Made by a program: the position numbers and the translations under genes. DNA of 64,000 nucleotides, from positions 248,012-312,011 of the forward strand of contig JAJDCG010000001.1 of the NCBI GenBank assembly GCA_029260965.1. Direction: 5' to 3'. The notes under the pieces were generated by a model. The model was given only the letters and a program-made list of their open reading frames with translations. It had not been told where the DNA came from and ran no database searches. The DNA is from Candidatus Levyibacteriota bacterium (GTDB lineage: Bacteria; Patescibacteriota; Microgenomatia; Levybacterales; UBA12049). Every line of letters starts with the position of its first letter. The stretch's first letter is position 1. Of the stretch, positions 47,983 to 56,902 are shown in pieces.

Positions 47983-48693
47983 ATGGAAGAGGATGTGGAT
48001 ATTAGGACACCTGACAAAAAGATAATTTATGGAACCCTGAGGGGACGTTTGAAAGAAAGTTTGATCATTTTTGTCCATGGCTTGATAAGCACCAAGGAAG
48101 AGCATCAGTTCTACAATGGCGCTAGATTTTTTGAAAAAAATGGGCTTTCATCCTACAGATTCAATTTATACGATTGGCGTGAAAGTGCGAGAAGTCTTGA
48201 GGAATGCACACTCTCTCTTCACGCCAAAGATCTTGATACAGTCATCAGTCACTTCAGGGGAAAAGGTGTCAAAAATTTTTATCTAGTCGGACACAGTGCG
48301 GGAGGATTGGTCGTTCTTCTTTCAAAAGAAAGAGTAGGCAAAGCCGTTCTGTGGGACTGTACTTTTGATCCGGGAGATATTACTGATGATGCGGTCTATG
48401 TCAAAGAGTTGGGAATGTACTATTTTCAATATGCCTATGGCACCACAATTGGTAAGAAGATGTATGAGGAAAATAAAAATATTAATGCAATTGATCTTGT
48501 CAAAAACGTAGACTTTCCTATTAAATTTATTAATGCAGGCGCGGGAGTGTTAGTTGAAGGAGGAAAAAAGATGTATGAGGTTGCAGACGAGCCTAAAGAG
48601 CGTGTTGTAATTGAAGGTGCAGATCATAGTTTTGATAAAAATGGTGTAGAAGAGAAGCTCTTTGAAGAAACACTTAGGTGGTTTAGATCTTAA
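47983..48693 (+). CDS. Alpha/beta hydrolase fold protein
   Basis: GxSxG nucleophile elbow (VGHSAGG). The length and order are consistent with an S/D/H triad. Confidence 0.5.
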   Translation: MEEDVDIRTPDKKIIYGTLRGRLKESLIIFVHGLISTKEEHQFYNGARFFEKNGLSSYRFNLYDWRESARSLEECTLSLHAKDLDTVISHFRGKGVKNFYLVGHSAGGLVVLLSKERVGKAVLWDCTFDPGDITDDAVYVKELGMYYFQYAYGTTIGKKMYEENKNINAIDLVKNVDFPIKFINAGAGVLVEGGKKMYEVADEPKERVVIEGADHSFDKNGVEEKLFEETLRWFRS

Positions 48694-48698
48694 TTGAA

Positions 48699-49124
48699 AT
48701 GGCAAAAGATCAGTTGTTTTATATTGGACAGAAAGCCCTAATAAAGAAAGATGATGAGATTTTGGTTTTGAACGATCCTGAGTTTGGTTTAGACTTACCT
48801 GGTGGTAAAATTCAGGAAGGAGAGGTAAATTTTGAAAAATCACTTAAGCGTGAAGTTAAAGAAGAAACAGGAATTGAGATTGAGGTAGGTGATCTATTTT
48901 TTAAGGCTTTTTTTGAATTTCCGAAGAAGTCAAAGCACAGACATAGAGGAAAAAAGATTTTTGTTGTCTTTTATAACGCCCTATATGTATCGGGATCAAT
49001 AATGTTAAGCGAGGAACATGATGGTTATAAATGGATTAATAAAAATACTTATAAAAAACTTAAATACTCAGAGTTAACTTCAATTAACATTAAAGCTCTG
49101 AGAAAATATTTTGAAAATTTGTAA
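48699..49124 (+). CDS. NUDIX hydrolase
   Basis: Nudix box GGKIQEGEVNFEKSLKREVKEETGIEI. Confidence 0.7.
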   Translation: MAKDQLFYIGQKALIKKDDEILVLNDPEFGLDLPGGKIQEGEVNFEKSLKREVKEETGIEIEVGDLFFKAFFEFPKKSKHRHRGKKIFVVFYNALYVSGSIMLSEEHDGYKWINKNTYKKLKYSELTSINIKALRKYFENL

Positions 49125-49129
49125 AATTT

Positions 49130-49801
49130 TTACTCCACTGTTATCCCCAGGATTTTATCGCCGATTTTTATGCTGTTTACGATCTCCATTCCCTGTGTTA
49201 CCATTCCAAAATTTGTATATTGACTATCCAGCCAGTCAGCCTCAGATTTTGTGATAAAGAATTGAGAATCATTTGAGATCCTGGCACCTTGTCCTACCTG
49301 CATTTGTCCTGAAGCAGCCATTCCCAATGCGCCAACAAGAAAAGGTTTGGCATTTAGTTCAGTTTGTATCGCGCCACCTCCTGTTCCGTTACCTCTGGGA
49401 TCACCGCCCTGGACGACCCAATCCTCAACTCGATGAAAGGTGAGGTTTTTATAGTAACCACTTTTGGCTTTATTGATAAAATTTTCGACTGTTTTTTGTG
49501 CCTCCTTGCCAAAAAGTATTACTTTTATATTTCCCTTGCTTGTTTTGATTGTTGCAGACACAGACGCGTTGATAGGCCCTTGCACTTGGGATGTTTGCTG
49601 TTGGGTTTGTTCTTGTTGAGCCTCTTGGTTTTGTACTTCACCAGGATTTGATAGGAATTGGAGTTCATCACCAGGGGGTAGAGACGGCTGATTACTTTTT
49701 TGATTTTCACTGGGTGTCGGAGTGCCACCCTGTGAGAGGAATACAATTCCTCCAAATATCGAAGTGATTGCCAAAAAGACCAAAACGTGAAATTTATTCA
49801 T
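49130..49801 (-). CDS. Secreted cyclophilin-type peptidyl-prolyl cis-trans isomerase
   Basis: Signal peptide, a Q-rich linker, and a cyclophilin core (FHRVEDWVVQGGDPRGNGTGGG...FFITK). Confidence 0.8.
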   Translation of the reverse strand: MNKFHVLVFLAITSIFGGIVFLSQGGTPTPSENQKSNQPSLPPGDELQFLSNPGEVQNQEAQQEQTQQQTSQVQGPINASVSATIKTSKGNIKVILFGKEAQKTVENFINKAKSGYYKNLTFHRVEDWVVQGGDPRGNGTGGGAIQTELNAKPFLVGALGMAASGQMQVGQGARISNDSQFFITKSEADWLDSQYTNFGMVTQGMEIVNSIKIGDKILGITVE

Positions 49802-49821
49802 ATGTGATATTTTATCATATA

Positions 49822-50673
49822 CTACTTTTTGCTTAAAGTGTTTATTATTTCCAGAACTAGAGGGTGATTTCCTGCTAGATTACCACTTTGATTTATGTAA
49901 ACTCCATATTCACGATTGAATTTTACTGGAAGCTGTTGGATCTTTAGTATTTTTTGTTTAATTTCAGCACGAACAAAATTTTCAGGAAGAAGTGCCACTC
50001 CACATCCGAGAATTGCGAGCTCTTTCATAAATGATGGACTGGTTGATTCTGCAAAGACCAACGGATCAATGCCTTTTTTGGTAAAGATAGTATCAGTTTG
50101 TTGTCTAGTTCTTGAGCTTTGATTGTAAAGTATAAATGGGATTTCCTTTAGTCTTTTTTTAAAAACTATAGAAGAAACAGGGGTAAGTGTTTCCGAAAAG
50201 GCTTTTATAAGTGAGATGTTTTTATCAAAATTTTCTTTTTGATCGTTCACACATACAGCAATATCAATAGTTCCAAGTTTGAGTTGCTCAAATAATTTTC
50301 CAGAGTTATCAATTATCAATTCAAAATCATAATTTGAATTGTTAATGTTTTTTTTGAAGTAATTTCCAAGCCTTAGAGCAGCATTATCAAACATGCCAAT
50401 TGTATAAGTAGGTTTTAGAGTTTTTCTGACTTTAGGGTTTTTGGCATTTTTCCAGAGTGTAAGTATTTTTTCAGAAAGAAGCAAAACAGATGCCCCATCA
50501 GGGGTAAGCTGTAGTGATCGTCCTTGATGCACGAAAAGCTTTGTGTTGAGCACTTTTTCAAGTCTTGAAATTGATTGCGTGAGTGCTGATTGAGTTATAA
50601 AAACCTCTTTTGCTGTCTTGGTCAGGTTACCATTTTTGGCAACAAGTGTAAATCTGCGTAATTCTTCAATCAT
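49822..50673 (-). CDS. LysR-family transcriptional regulator
   Basis: N-terminal HTH MIEELRRFTLVAKNGNLTKTAKEVFITQSALTQSISRLEKVLNTKLF and a C-terminal LysR substrate-binding domain. Start preferred at the ATG complementary to 50673-50671; the track ORF extends to 50763. Confidence 0.75.
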   Translation of the reverse strand: MIEELRRFTLVAKNGNLTKTAKEVFITQSALTQSISRLEKVLNTKLFVHQGRSLQLTPDGASVLLLSEKILTLWKNAKNPKVRKTLKPTYTIGMFDNAALRLGNYFKKNINNSNYDFELIIDNSGKLFEQLKLGTIDIAVCVNDQKENFDKNISLIKAFSETLTPVSSIVFKKRLKEIPFILYNQSSRTRQQTDTIFTKKGIDPLVFAESTSPSFMKELAILGCGVALLPENFVRAEIKQKILKIQQLPVKFNREYGVYINQSGNLAGNHPLVLEIINTLSKK

Positions 50674-50744
50674 AAGTATTACTAATATACCATAAAATCT
50701 ATTAATTTTACAAATACTTTTACCTGTGCTAAATTTATATTTGT

Positions 50745-50832
50745 TGCCCATACCACTCTGCACTGCGTACCGCCAGTCAGATGGTACGAAAGTACATAGT
50801 CTTACTGGCGGGCGCGGTGGCAGATGTCACTC
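50745..50832 (+). ncRNA. Candidate structured RNA, possibly small SRP (4.5S-like) RNA: a GC-rich, long imperfect hairpin with a GNRA tetraloop
   Basis: GC-rich island in an AT-rich intergenic region. The apical stem is GGUAC-GAAA-GUAC and the next stem is CCAGU...ACUGG. The outer arms are CACUGCG/CGCGGUG and UACCGCC/GGCGG. On the minus strand the loop would be UUUC, so the plus strand is favoured. The SRP assignment is tentative. Confidence 0.25.
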
Positions 50833-50840
50833 ATTAGCTT

Positions 50841-52064
50841 ATGAAGAAAAGAAAGATAAAAATTGCGATCGTTGGAGTTGGTAATTGTGCCTCGTCCCTA
50901 GTTCAGGGAATCTACTACTATAGAAATGCCAAAGAAAGTGAATTCATTCCTGGGGTGATGCACGTTAATTTTGGGGGATATCAAATCAGCGATTTGGAGG
51001 TGGTTGCTGCTTTTGATGTAAATAAAAACAAGGTTGGTCGTGATGTGGCTCAGGCAATATATGCAGAGCCCAATAATACAGCAGTTTTTGCAAAGGTTCC
51101 CAAAATGGGCGTGAAGGTGATGATGGGTCCACGCCTTGATGGAGTCAATTACACAACAGAGCCTTTGGTACCTGTTGCCAAGGAAAAACCTGTTGACGTC
51201 GTGAAAGTTCTCAAAGAATCAGGTGCTGATGCTGTCATTAATTATCTTCCTGTTGGCTCTCAGGAGGCAACAGAGTTTTACGCACAAGCAGCAATTGATG
51301 CAGGGTGCGGATTTGTAAATTGTATTCCTGTGTTTATCGCATCAGACAAAAAATGGGCAGCCAAATTCAAGAAAGCAGGTCTTCCTGTAATCGGAGATGA
51401 TATAAAGGCACAGGTTGGATCAACCATAATTCATCGTACTCTTACCACTATGTTTATTGATCGCGGTATGAAGATTGAGCGAACATATCAACTCAATAAT
51501 GGTGGTAACACAGATTTTTTAAACCTCATTGATCGTACACGGGGTAAGTGGAAAAAGATCAGCAAAACAGAGGCAGTAACAAGTCTCATTGATCAGAGAG
51601 GGCAAAATATAGAGCCTGATAATGTGCACATAGGCCCATCTGACTATGTGCCATGGCTCAAAGACAACAAGCTAGGATTTATAAGAATTGAGAGTAAGCA
51701 CTTTGGTGATGTGCCGATGAATGTTGAAATAAGACTTTCTGTCGAGGATTCTCCCAATTCAGCAGGTGTAGCTATTGACTCAATCCGTTGTCTCAAGTTG
51801 GCACTAGACAATGGGCTGAGTGGTGCTATTATCGAACCTGCTGCTTATTTCAAGAAACATCCACCTGTACAGATCGAGGATAGGAGGGCTCGCGAGCTGG
51901 TAGAAAAATTTATCAAAAAGTATGGATATAAGAAAGTTGCAAAGTTCAAGAAGAAGAATGGATTAGGCTTGAAAAAAATAGTTAAGAATGGGTTTCCTAA
52001 CGAGAAGAAACGAAACGGGAACGGATTTAGTAGGCCATTCCTTCAGCTACGAGTAGATAAGTAA
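50841..52064 (+). CDS. ino1: myo-Inositol-1-phosphate synthase, archaeal-type short form
   Basis: 407 aa. An N-terminal Rossmann region (IKIAIVGVGNCASSLVQG) and a catalytic region (GDDIKAQVGSTIIHRTLTTMFIDRGMKIERTYQLNNGGNTDFLNL) align to the short archaeal and bacterial MIPS pattern. Confidence 0.7.
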   Translation: MKKRKIKIAIVGVGNCASSLVQGIYYYRNAKESEFIPGVMHVNFGGYQISDLEVVAAFDVNKNKVGRDVAQAIYAEPNNTAVFAKVPKMGVKVMMGPRLDGVNYTTEPLVPVAKEKPVDVVKVLKESGADAVINYLPVGSQEATEFYAQAAIDAGCGFVNCIPVFIASDKKWAAKFKKAGLPVIGDDIKAQVGSTIIHRTLTTMFIDRGMKIERTYQLNNGGNTDFLNLIDRTRGKWKKISKTEAVTSLIDQRGQNIEPDNVHIGPSDYVPWLKDNKLGFIRIESKHFGDVPMNVEIRLSVEDSPNSAGVAIDSIRCLKLALDNGLSGAIIEPAAYFKKHPPVQIEDRRARELVEKFIKKYGYKKVAKFKKKNGLGLKKIVKNGFPNEKKRNGNGFSRPFLQLRVDK

Positions 52065-52077
52065 GAAAACTTCTTTA

Positions 52078-52674
52078 TTAGAGTGTCTTGTATGCGTATC
52101 TGAAGCGCTGGTAAACTGTGTAAAGAGAAAGAGCGCCAAGAACTAAAAATATTAATTCTGCAAGATTAAATCCTGATAAGGAGATGTTCTGAAAAATCGC
52201 GTAAAATATCAGTGCGATAATTGTTAACAGATACCTTTCTGTTCTCTCTATTAGTCCTATTCCGTTTGCAAAGTTAGCACGTTTTTCACTTCTTACACCA
52301 CCCTGGGCTCTGATGTAGCTTATGAGAAATGAAAAAAGAAGTACAGGTGCTGTAATTTCCCAGCGTACAATTCCAGCAAAGGAAAAGGCGGTGATTGTTA
52401 AGAAGTCTCCAATTCTGTCCATTGTTGAATCTAGAAACCCACCAAAGGATGTAACTTTATTTTGTTTGCGAGAGACCATGCCGTCAAGTAAATCCAGTAG
52501 ACTACCTATAAAAGCAATAGTTGCAAGAAAATACATCCCATTCACAACAAAGACAAAAAAGAGTAGAGGTGGTATACTTCCAATTAAGGTAAGGACATTG
52601 GGATTAACGCCTGATAATGCACTTGCCAGGGGTTCAAAATATTTTTCAATTTGTGGTTTTACAATACTAAGCAT
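52078..52674 (-). CDS. CDP-alcohol phosphatidyltransferase, probably a phosphatidylinositol-phosphate / archaetidylinositol-phosphate synthase-like enzyme
   Basis: Signature D-G-x2-A-R-x8-G-x3-D-x3-D is present as DLLDGMVSRKQNKVTSFGGFLDSTMDRIGD. The protein is 198 aa with about six TM helices. Its position next to MIPS suggests an inositol-phosphate acceptor, which is inference. Confidence 0.7.
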   Translation of the reverse strand: MLSIVKPQIEKYFEPLASALSGVNPNVLTLIGSIPPLLFFVFVVNGMYFLATIAFIGSLLDLLDGMVSRKQNKVTSFGGFLDSTMDRIGDFLTITAFSFAGIVRWEITAPVLLFSFLISYIRAQGGVRSEKRANFANGIGLIERTERYLLTIIALIFYAIFQNISLSGFNLAELIFLVLGALSLYTVYQRFRYAYKTL

Positions 52675-52676
52675 TT

Positions 52677-53333
52677 ATGAAAAAAAAGTACAAAGTTGAT
52701 CTTCATACACATTCAATTATATCACATGATGGCGGTATTTCCAGGAGGCAGTATAAAGAAATTTTAAACACAGGAATTCTTGATTATGTAGCTATTACTG
52801 ATCATAATGATGTGAGCTTTGCGAGGCAAATGCAAAAGGAAATAGGAGAAAGGATAATTATAGGAGAGGAGATAAAGACAAAAAGTGGGGAGGTAGTAGG
52901 TTTGTTTTTGAAAAAAACCATTGCTTCGGGAATGGTTCTGGAAGATACAATTTTTGAAATTAAAAAGCAGGGTGGTCTTGTTTATGTGCCACATCCTTTT
53001 GAGACAGTAAGATCAGGAATTAAGAAAAAAGATTTGACAAGGATAGCAGAATACGTTGACATAATCGAAGTTTTTAACGCACGTGGCTTTTTGCGTGGTA
53101 AGCCAGATGCTGCATATTCCTTTGCCTGGGAAAAGAAAATTTCTATGGCAGCATCATCCGATGCTCATTGTAAATGGGGAATAGGAAATGCATATAGCAG
53201 TATTGAAAGTAAGCCCACGAAAAAAACACTATCATCAAGTCTTAGACAGGCTGAGTTAACAAGAGGTTACGCGAGTTGGTATTCAGCGTTTTGTCCATCG
53301 ATTAATAAATTTAAAAACAAAATTTTTATATGA
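52677..53333 (+). CDS. PHP-domain phosphoesterase (TrpH/YciV-like)
   Basis: DLHTHS motif, downstream His/Asp ligands (ITDHND, VPHPFE, SSDAHC), 218 aa. The start is 3 nt from the divergent phosphatidyltransferase gene. Confidence 0.6.
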   Translation: MKKKYKVDLHTHSIISHDGGISRRQYKEILNTGILDYVAITDHNDVSFARQMQKEIGERIIIGEEIKTKSGEVVGLFLKKTIASGMVLEDTIFEIKKQGGLVYVPHPFETVRSGIKKKDLTRIAEYVDIIEVFNARGFLRGKPDAAYSFAWEKKISMAASSDAHCKWGIGNAYSSIESKPTKKTLSSSLRQAELTRGYASWYSAFCPSINKFKNKIFI

Positions 53334-54250
53334 GCATTGATAATACAAAAGACATATTATTTATAATCAATCCCAAAGCAGGCGATGGCAAGGCTTTTTC
53401 AAACTGGACTAAAGCAAGGGGAAGGTATGGGTTTTTGCCAAAAAATCCTGTGGATGTAACACGAGAGGATATAAAAAAAATTATTTTTACAAAAAAGCCC
53501 AAAAAAATCGCAATAGGTGGCGGAGATGGTACGGTGAATGCTGTTGTTGGTGTTGTATCGGAAATGAAAAAAAAACCAGATCTTTGTATAATTCCCCTTG
53601 GCTTCGGAAACGCTCTTTCATATTGTTTGGGAGCAGAGACAATAGACAAAGCGATAGAGGTGATTACTGATCCTTCTCGAAAAATAACAATCGATCTCAT
53701 GAAAACAAACATCAAAGAACACGAGATAGGGGTATTCAATATCAGTCTTGGTTATGATGCGCATATAGTGTTTGATATACAGAGGTTGCGCTATATAGGA
53801 ATAGGATCATATGTGGTTTCGGCTGTTCAGAATATATTTACGCATCCTGAGAATGAGATTACCCTGACAATTGACCATGAAGTTAAGATGACTGCAAAAG
53901 CATCCTCTCTTGCGATAGCAAATTGTCCTGTAATAGGTCAGAATTATATAATTTCTCCAAATGCTCGGATGAATGATGGGTTTTTGGATTGTACTATTTT
54001 TTCGACAAAATATACTTATATCAGAAACTTGAGACTGAAGGGTTTCAAGCATCCTCTTTATTCAGATCTTGGAAAGGTTAGGTTTAAGGCAAGGCATATA
54101 AAAGTTGATGGAGAACCATTTTTACAAATAGATGGGGATCCTGTTGTACAGAAAGAGGGGGTTGAAATTGAGATAATTCCATCATGCATTACCTTTTTGA
54201 GAAATAGTGATGATAAGATAGATCAGGAGTTCTTGCCTTTTGTAACATGA
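53330..54250 (+). CDS. Diacylglycerol/lipid kinase family protein (DAGK_cat, YegS/DgkB-like)
   Basis: Motifs FIINPKAGDGKA, IAIGGGDGTVNAVVG and PLGFGNALSYCLG. Its start overlaps the upstream PHP gene by 4 nt. Confidence 0.7.
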   Translation: MSIDNTKDILFIINPKAGDGKAFSNWTKARGRYGFLPKNPVDVTREDIKKIIFTKKPKKIAIGGGDGTVNAVVGVVSEMKKKPDLCIIPLGFGNALSYCLGAETIDKAIEVITDPSRKITIDLMKTNIKEHEIGVFNISLGYDAHIVFDIQRLRYIGIGSYVVSAVQNIFTHPENEITLTIDHEVKMTAKASSLAIANCPVIGQNYIISPNARMNDGFLDCTIFSTKYTYIRNLRLKGFKHPLYSDLGKVRFKARHIKVDGEPFLQIDGDPVVQKEGVEIEIIPSCITFLRNSDDKIDQEFLPFVT

Positions 54251-54801
54251 TAGAAAGATTATTGTTTGTTCTATGGTTTTTTTTGCCAAGTGGTGTTGCC
54301 AACGTAGCGGCATTTTTTTCGGGTCAAGTTAGCTTTCTCAAGAGGTATAATGCTCCGGTTGATTTTGGATTAAAATTTAGAGGTAAAAGAATACTTGGTA
54401 GTAATAAAACAATAAGAGGATTTGTAGTTGGGATTATCTCGGCAATTGTAATTGTTTATTTTCAGATTTTTCTTTATTCGCAATTTGAATTTATAAGAGG
54501 ATTTGCTTACATTGACTACAGTTTGATAAACCCTTTACTTTTTGGTTTTCTTTCAGGATTCGGGGCGCTCGCAGGTGATAGTATAAAGAGTTTTTTTAAA
54601 CGTCAGAATAAAATAGCGCCAGGGGTTTCATGGTTTCCTTTTGACCAGATAGATTTTATAATAGGCGGAATTATCTTTACTTCATTTTATATACGTCTTA
54701 GTTTTTGGGATTATTTTTGGGTTTTGGCACTCTGGTTCTTGATTCATCCTTTTACAACATTTCTTGGCTTTCTTCTCAAATTAAAAAAAGAACCACTGTA
54801 A
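54247..54801 (+). CDS. CarS-like (DUF46) CTP:phosphatidate/archaetidate cytidylyltransferase homolog
   Basis: 184 aa with five to six TM helices. The motif PVDFGLKFRGKRILGSNKTIRGF resembles the CDP-archaeol synthase motif (..DFGK.FRGKRI.GD.KTWRGF). The 4-nt overlap with the lipid kinase gene suggests translational coupling. Confidence 0.5.
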   Translation: MIERLLFVLWFFLPSGVANVAAFFSGQVSFLKRYNAPVDFGLKFRGKRILGSNKTIRGFVVGIISAIVIVYFQIFLYSQFEFIRGFAYIDYSLINPLLFGFLSGFGALAGDSIKSFFKRQNKIAPGVSWFPFDQIDFIIGGIIFTSFYIRLSFWDYFWVLALWFLIHPFTTFLGFLLKLKKEPL

Positions 54802-54845
54802 AATCAATTTTCTGATTTATGTAATTTGTATTATAATAAAATTAT

Positions 54846-56786
54846 ATGCCAGAAGCAGGTGCTGATTTTCTCAAAAAAAAATACGATCTTCACAATAGCC
54901 CAGAAGTTTTAAGCGCTGCAAGGAGAACGGAAATAAAAACGGGAAGAAGAGTGCTGCAATCTCCTGAACCACGTATCCAAAACTATCTTGCCCGCTTCAA
55001 AGAAATTGTTGATGAGAAAGATGAGGACAAGAAAAAAGAAAATATCCAAGCTCTGAAAAGAGTTCTTCTTCCCAAGTTCGTGACCAAATTTAAGGATATC
55101 CCCGATAGTTACTGGAAGCTGCAAGAGCGAATACTCCGTGAACGCGGACAACAGGGAGATTATGACCGTTTCTCAGATGAAGAGAAGAATAAGGCAAAAC
55201 ATGAGATCGCCGATGGTCTCTTGTCTGATCAGCAATCATCACTTGAGCAGTGGATTGATTATCTTGCATCGGATGACTCTTCATACATTCCTGATCATAT
55301 AAAGTATTGGACATTTAGAAGCGTTATTGGCCTTGCTGAGTATGACAAAGACAAGAAAGAGTTTCCTGAAAGATCAAAAGGAACAGTTAAGATGTTTCCT
55401 GATATAAATCAAGAAGCCCTTTCTACCATGATTGATTGGTTTTTGAAGAATCAGAAAGGGGAACCCGTTACTCTTGAGGGATATGAAAGGGACCTGACTG
55501 ATGAGCAGAAAAACCAAGCCAGACAATTTATCTCGCAGGAAAATTTTGCCAAGCTTTATGGTTTTGTCAATGAACTCATCAGGCCAATTCCAGAGCATCT
55601 TATTCCAATAACCAAAGGGAAATGGGTCAAGTATGAGCAGGGCTCGGATCACACTCCATTGGTGCAGTCAATACGCGGACGGGGAACAGGCTGGTGCACG
55701 GCTGGTGAAAATACCGCTAAAACCCAACTGGGAGGTGGAGATTTTCACGTTTTTTATTCCAACGATGATGATGACAATCCCACAATTCCCCGCATTGCAA
55801 TCCGTATGGAGGGGGAAAAGATTGCTGAAGTTCGTGGAATTGCAGCCAAACAAAACCTTGATCCTTACATGACGGAAATACTTGAGAAAAAGCTTGATGA
55901 GTTCCCTGATAAAGACAAATATCTCAAAAAAGAACATGACATGAGACAGTTAACAGAGATTGATAAAAAAGTAAAAAGAGGGGAAGCGCTTGGAAAAGAT
56001 GAACTTGTTTTTCTTTATGAAGTAGATTCCAAAATTCAAGGATTTGGGTATCAAAGCGATCCTCGCATTAACGAATTGAGAACTGGTAGAGATATGCACG
56101 AGGATATGCTGACTATTTTTGATTGTACAGAGGATCAAATTGCTCATGCAACAGACCAGATGAATGAAAACACCAAAGCCTATGTTGGTAAGCTTACTCC
56201 TGGAATTTTTGATCAAATTCAAAAATACAACATTGAGCATGTCTTTACTTCTTTTCCTGAAGGAAGAATACGGCTTGAGTCGCTCACAATTGGTGGTAAG
56301 AGCGTAAAAGAGCTTCAAGAAGAAATGCGAAGTGAAAATATAAATATTAGTGGTTACGTAAGAGATATGCTGGAAAGTCCTGATTTTGTGACGCAACAAA
56401 ATAAGGAAGACATTGATCTGGTTCGTTTGAAAGTTGGGGATCTTGGTTTGGGAGGAAGTCCCACGACTGATCAACTATATGAAAAAGCAAAAGAACTCGG
56501 GTTAGATTTGTGTCCTGCGGAAGTTGGACCGCAGATGCGGCTGACATATAAGGATCAACCCCTTTACGAATATTTCAATATAGGAATGAAACAAATTGCC
56601 GATTCCGATGGCTGTCCGGATGTCTTCACGCTGGATCACGGTGACGATGGTTTGTGGTTGAGTGACTATTGGGCAAGGCCGGAGGACGGGTGGGCGCCTG
56701 TCGATGAGTTTGTTTTTCGTCTCCGGCCGAGCGGAAGCGAGGCAAGCAAGTCTCCTTTGAAATTTTGGCCCTTTAGACATTCTTGA
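54846..56786 (+). CDS. DGR target protein: 646 aa, no signal peptide or TM, with a C-terminal variable region
   Basis: The C-terminal segment ...DSDGCPDVFTLDHGDDGLWLSDYWARPEDGWAPVDEFVFRLRPS is encoded by the VR. Many of the varied codons correspond to AAT/AAC/AAG codons in the TR. The N-terminal roughly 580 aa have no recognised domain. Confidence 0.7.
   Translation: MPEAGADFLKKKYDLHNSPEVLSAARRTEIKTGRRVLQSPEPRIQNYLARFKEIVDEKDEDKKKENIQALKRVLLPKFVTKFKDIPDSYWKLQERILRERGQQGDYDRFSDEEKNKAKHEIADGLLSDQQSSLEQWIDYLASDDSSYIPDHIKYWTFRSVIGLAEYDKDKKEFPERSKGTVKMFPDINQEALSTMIDWFLKNQKGEPVTLEGYERDLTDEQKNQARQFISQENFAKLYGFVNELIRPIPEHLIPITKGKWVKYEQGSDHTPLVQSIRGRGTGWCTAGENTAKTQLGGGDFHVFYSNDDDDNPTIPRIAIRMEGEKIAEVRGIAAKQNLDPYMTEILEKKLDEFPDKDKYLKKEHDMRQLTEIDKKVKRGEALGKDELVFLYEVDSKIQGFGYQSDPRINELRTGRDMHEDMLTIFDCTEDQIAHATDQMNENTKAYVGKLTPGIFDQIQKYNIEHVFTSFPEGRIRLESLTIGGKSVKELQEEMRSENINISGYVRDMLESPDFVTQQNKEDIDLVRLKVGDLGLGGSPTTDQLYEKAKELGLDLCPAEVGPQMRLTYKDQPLYEYFNIGMKQIADSDGCPDVFTLDHGDDGLWLSDYWARPEDGWAPVDEFVFRLRPSGSEASKSPLKFWPFRHS
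56595..56729 (+). repeat. DGR variable repeat (VR)
   Basis: 135 bp, colinear with the TR at 57064-57198. About 20 substitutions fall at TR adenine positions (A to G, T or C), plus one T-to-G difference. All other positions are identical. Confidence 0.8.
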
Positions 56787-56902
56787 ACCTTTGACTCTTT
56801 GATACTTTGACACTTCGTTTCTTTCCAAATTTTTGTTATACTTTTCTTGGAGAGGTTTTATGCAAATGGCTACGGCTTTTGCAGACTTTTCCGATGAATA
56901 CA

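Noticed and set aside
50745-50832. tRNA or tmRNA in the GC-rich intergenic island
   Set aside because: There is no T-arm GTTCRANYC-like box and no cloverleaf. The single long hairpin fits an SRP-like or regulatory RNA better.
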